Part shown: piece after piece, positions 62,381-64,000 of the stretch | Layout: every line of letters begins with the position of its first letter | How positions within the stretch are numbered: position 1 is the stretch's first letter | Source: Parasitella parasitica NRRL 2501 | Lineage: Eukaryota; Fungi; Mucoromycota | DNA length: 64,000 nt | Direction of reading: 5' to 3' | Assembly: GCA_025201805.1 (NCBI GenBank) | Contig: MU619301.1 | Coordinates: 98,681 to 162,680 of the forward strand | The notes under the pieces: generated by a model | Told to the model about the DNA's origin: nothing | The model's input: the letters and a program-made list of their open reading frames with translations, nothing else | The model's database searches: none | Made by a program: the position numbers and the translations under genes

Positions 62381-64000
62381 CTTTTCTTTATACCTTTCTC
62401 TATTTTTTAATAAAAAATATTGATAATCAACACTAAAAAAATAGTCTACACACATTGCTTTTTTTTTTTTTTTTTTTNNNNNNNNNNACAACCTGACGGG
62501 GAATTGAACTACAGTAGAAACATTAAGAGTGTCGAATACTCTCACAAGATTAACAATGATAACTGCCCTCCTAATATATGTTTTAAACATAAATTCATTT
62601 TTTAATGCTGATTGATCAACTGCACGTGATCGAAACTTGAGCCAATGGAAACCATGTTTCTGAATCTAATGTTGAAAATTGGGAACGTCTCACCTTGGAA
62701 TCATGTTGTATATTTGAAATAAATTGAACTTATTACGTTTAAAAACACTTTGGGTCATAACTTTTGCTACGCTATTGCTGAAATATTATAACCAACTTAT
62801 TAAACCTCAAACAACATAAACAGCATTCAATTACATAATTCGGTCTCCACCAGCAATTTACTGCAAGGATTTTCCATAACTCAATGAATAAATCAAATCG
62901 TGAATAAATCGGTTTTTCAATTGGGATGTTCAAATGACGTGAATAACGGGTGAATAAAATTTGCTGGATCAAAAAAGATAATAAAAACCAAATGTTAACG
63001 AAATACGAAAACTTAAAGAAAACACTTTATTATAAAAGATCGAAATTGCATCTGCTATTTATACTTTTTACAACTACATAAATTTATGGTGACTTATTTA
63101 GATTACTAATTGACAAGACTAATTCAAACTGACAATCTACTTGACAGGGTACAATATGAGGTTATACAGCAAAGGATACACGTCTTTGATATGACAGTGC
63201 TTTAACCTTTATCCTGGTGCTCATATCTGTGTTACTTACAGGAATAACCTTCTTCATTTGAATCAGAGACTTTATTCTCCAATTTACACAAGCGTATCAC
63301 ATCACATCATTAGACAATCTTCAATCTTCAATCTTCATGTTATGTCAAAAGTCTGATAAAATAAATCTGCCAAAGAATTACACTTTTATTCATAATACAT
63401 CTCTCGATGTATTATATACACATTCATTACACTGGGGTTCTACTATCTAGCTGCATAATGTAAATCATGACTACCCATGATTTACTGTAAGACCCCGGGA
63501 CTGATCTGAGATCCTGATCTGAGACCTTGCCATGTTATTGATATAACACTTCATTGAAGTACATTGCCATGATCTTTTGTCTATAATTAGGACAGATCAA
63601 AAATACGATTACAGCATTGACCTATTGAGTATTACAGTTACGATCTCAGGTACAGTACAGGATTAAAAATATAAAAATACAGGGGATTTATATCATAATA
63701 AGCCATAAAAACTTTTTATTGTCCGGACACAGCTGAAAGATGTTACTTCTTACAAGTCTCTTTTATTGTATTGAAGTTTAAAAAACACACATCAGTTCTA
63801 CTGTCATTTTAGCAGAAATTATGAAAAAATTTCTGATATCCATGATAAATTGATTTATCAGAATGAGAAATTATTCAAATAAAACAGTTGTGAATTAATC
63901 AGGTAAAGATCTCGTTTATTACATGGAAAAAATGATGGTTTATATACTAGTGAATCTAAGTGGACTGATGGGAGGATAAGATACAAGTGTGAGACATGGT

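Noticed and set aside
62488-64000. AT-rich terminal region with short ORFs
   Set aside because: No recognisable gene, RNA or repeat structure.

Overview
Eukaryotic, AT-rich, gene-dense fungal genomic DNA with many short (about 50-90 nt) spliceosomal introns and six assembly gaps. The gene set and retroelement style suggest Mucorales/Mucoromycota; this is inference, and the species cannot be named from the sequence. About 30 protein-coding genes can be built by hand from splice signals. In order they are ERG4, an NCS/frequenin-like EF-hand protein, RPL12, quinone oxidoreductase, Xaa-Pro aminopeptidase, a 72-aa orphan, CYC8/SSN6, a Tsp2 tetraspanin, an EI24-like protein, dolichyl-PP phosphatase, a CCCH-Pumilio protein, an MFS transporter, a GMC oxidoreductase, IDO, an RlpA/expansin-like protein, an ERT1/RDS2-like Zn2Cys6-PAS factor, a mitochondrial carrier, a Myb/SANT-like protein, a nucleotidyltransferase, a secreted orphan, a GH8, an RGG/MPLKIP-like protein, MAK31, a septin, HIS1, UreF, GCLM, a NIPA Mg transporter, an Rpa14-like protein and a coiled-coil protein. 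The interval 11-18.3 kb is a graveyard of LINE and DNA-transposon fragments. No tRNA, rRNA or CRISPR was recognised. The most interesting candidates are three. (1) A tightly packed trio at 46.8-49.9 kb: a stand-alone glucuronokinase-partner-type nucleotidyltransferase, a secreted orphan, and a signal-peptide-less bacterial-type GH8b hydrolase, possibly a cell-wall sugar salvage module. (2) A fungal TTDN1/MPLKIP/SICKLE-like lariat-debranching cofactor. (3) An IDO-gamma with an apparent mitochondrial presequence. All family calls come from remembered motifs; no database search was run.
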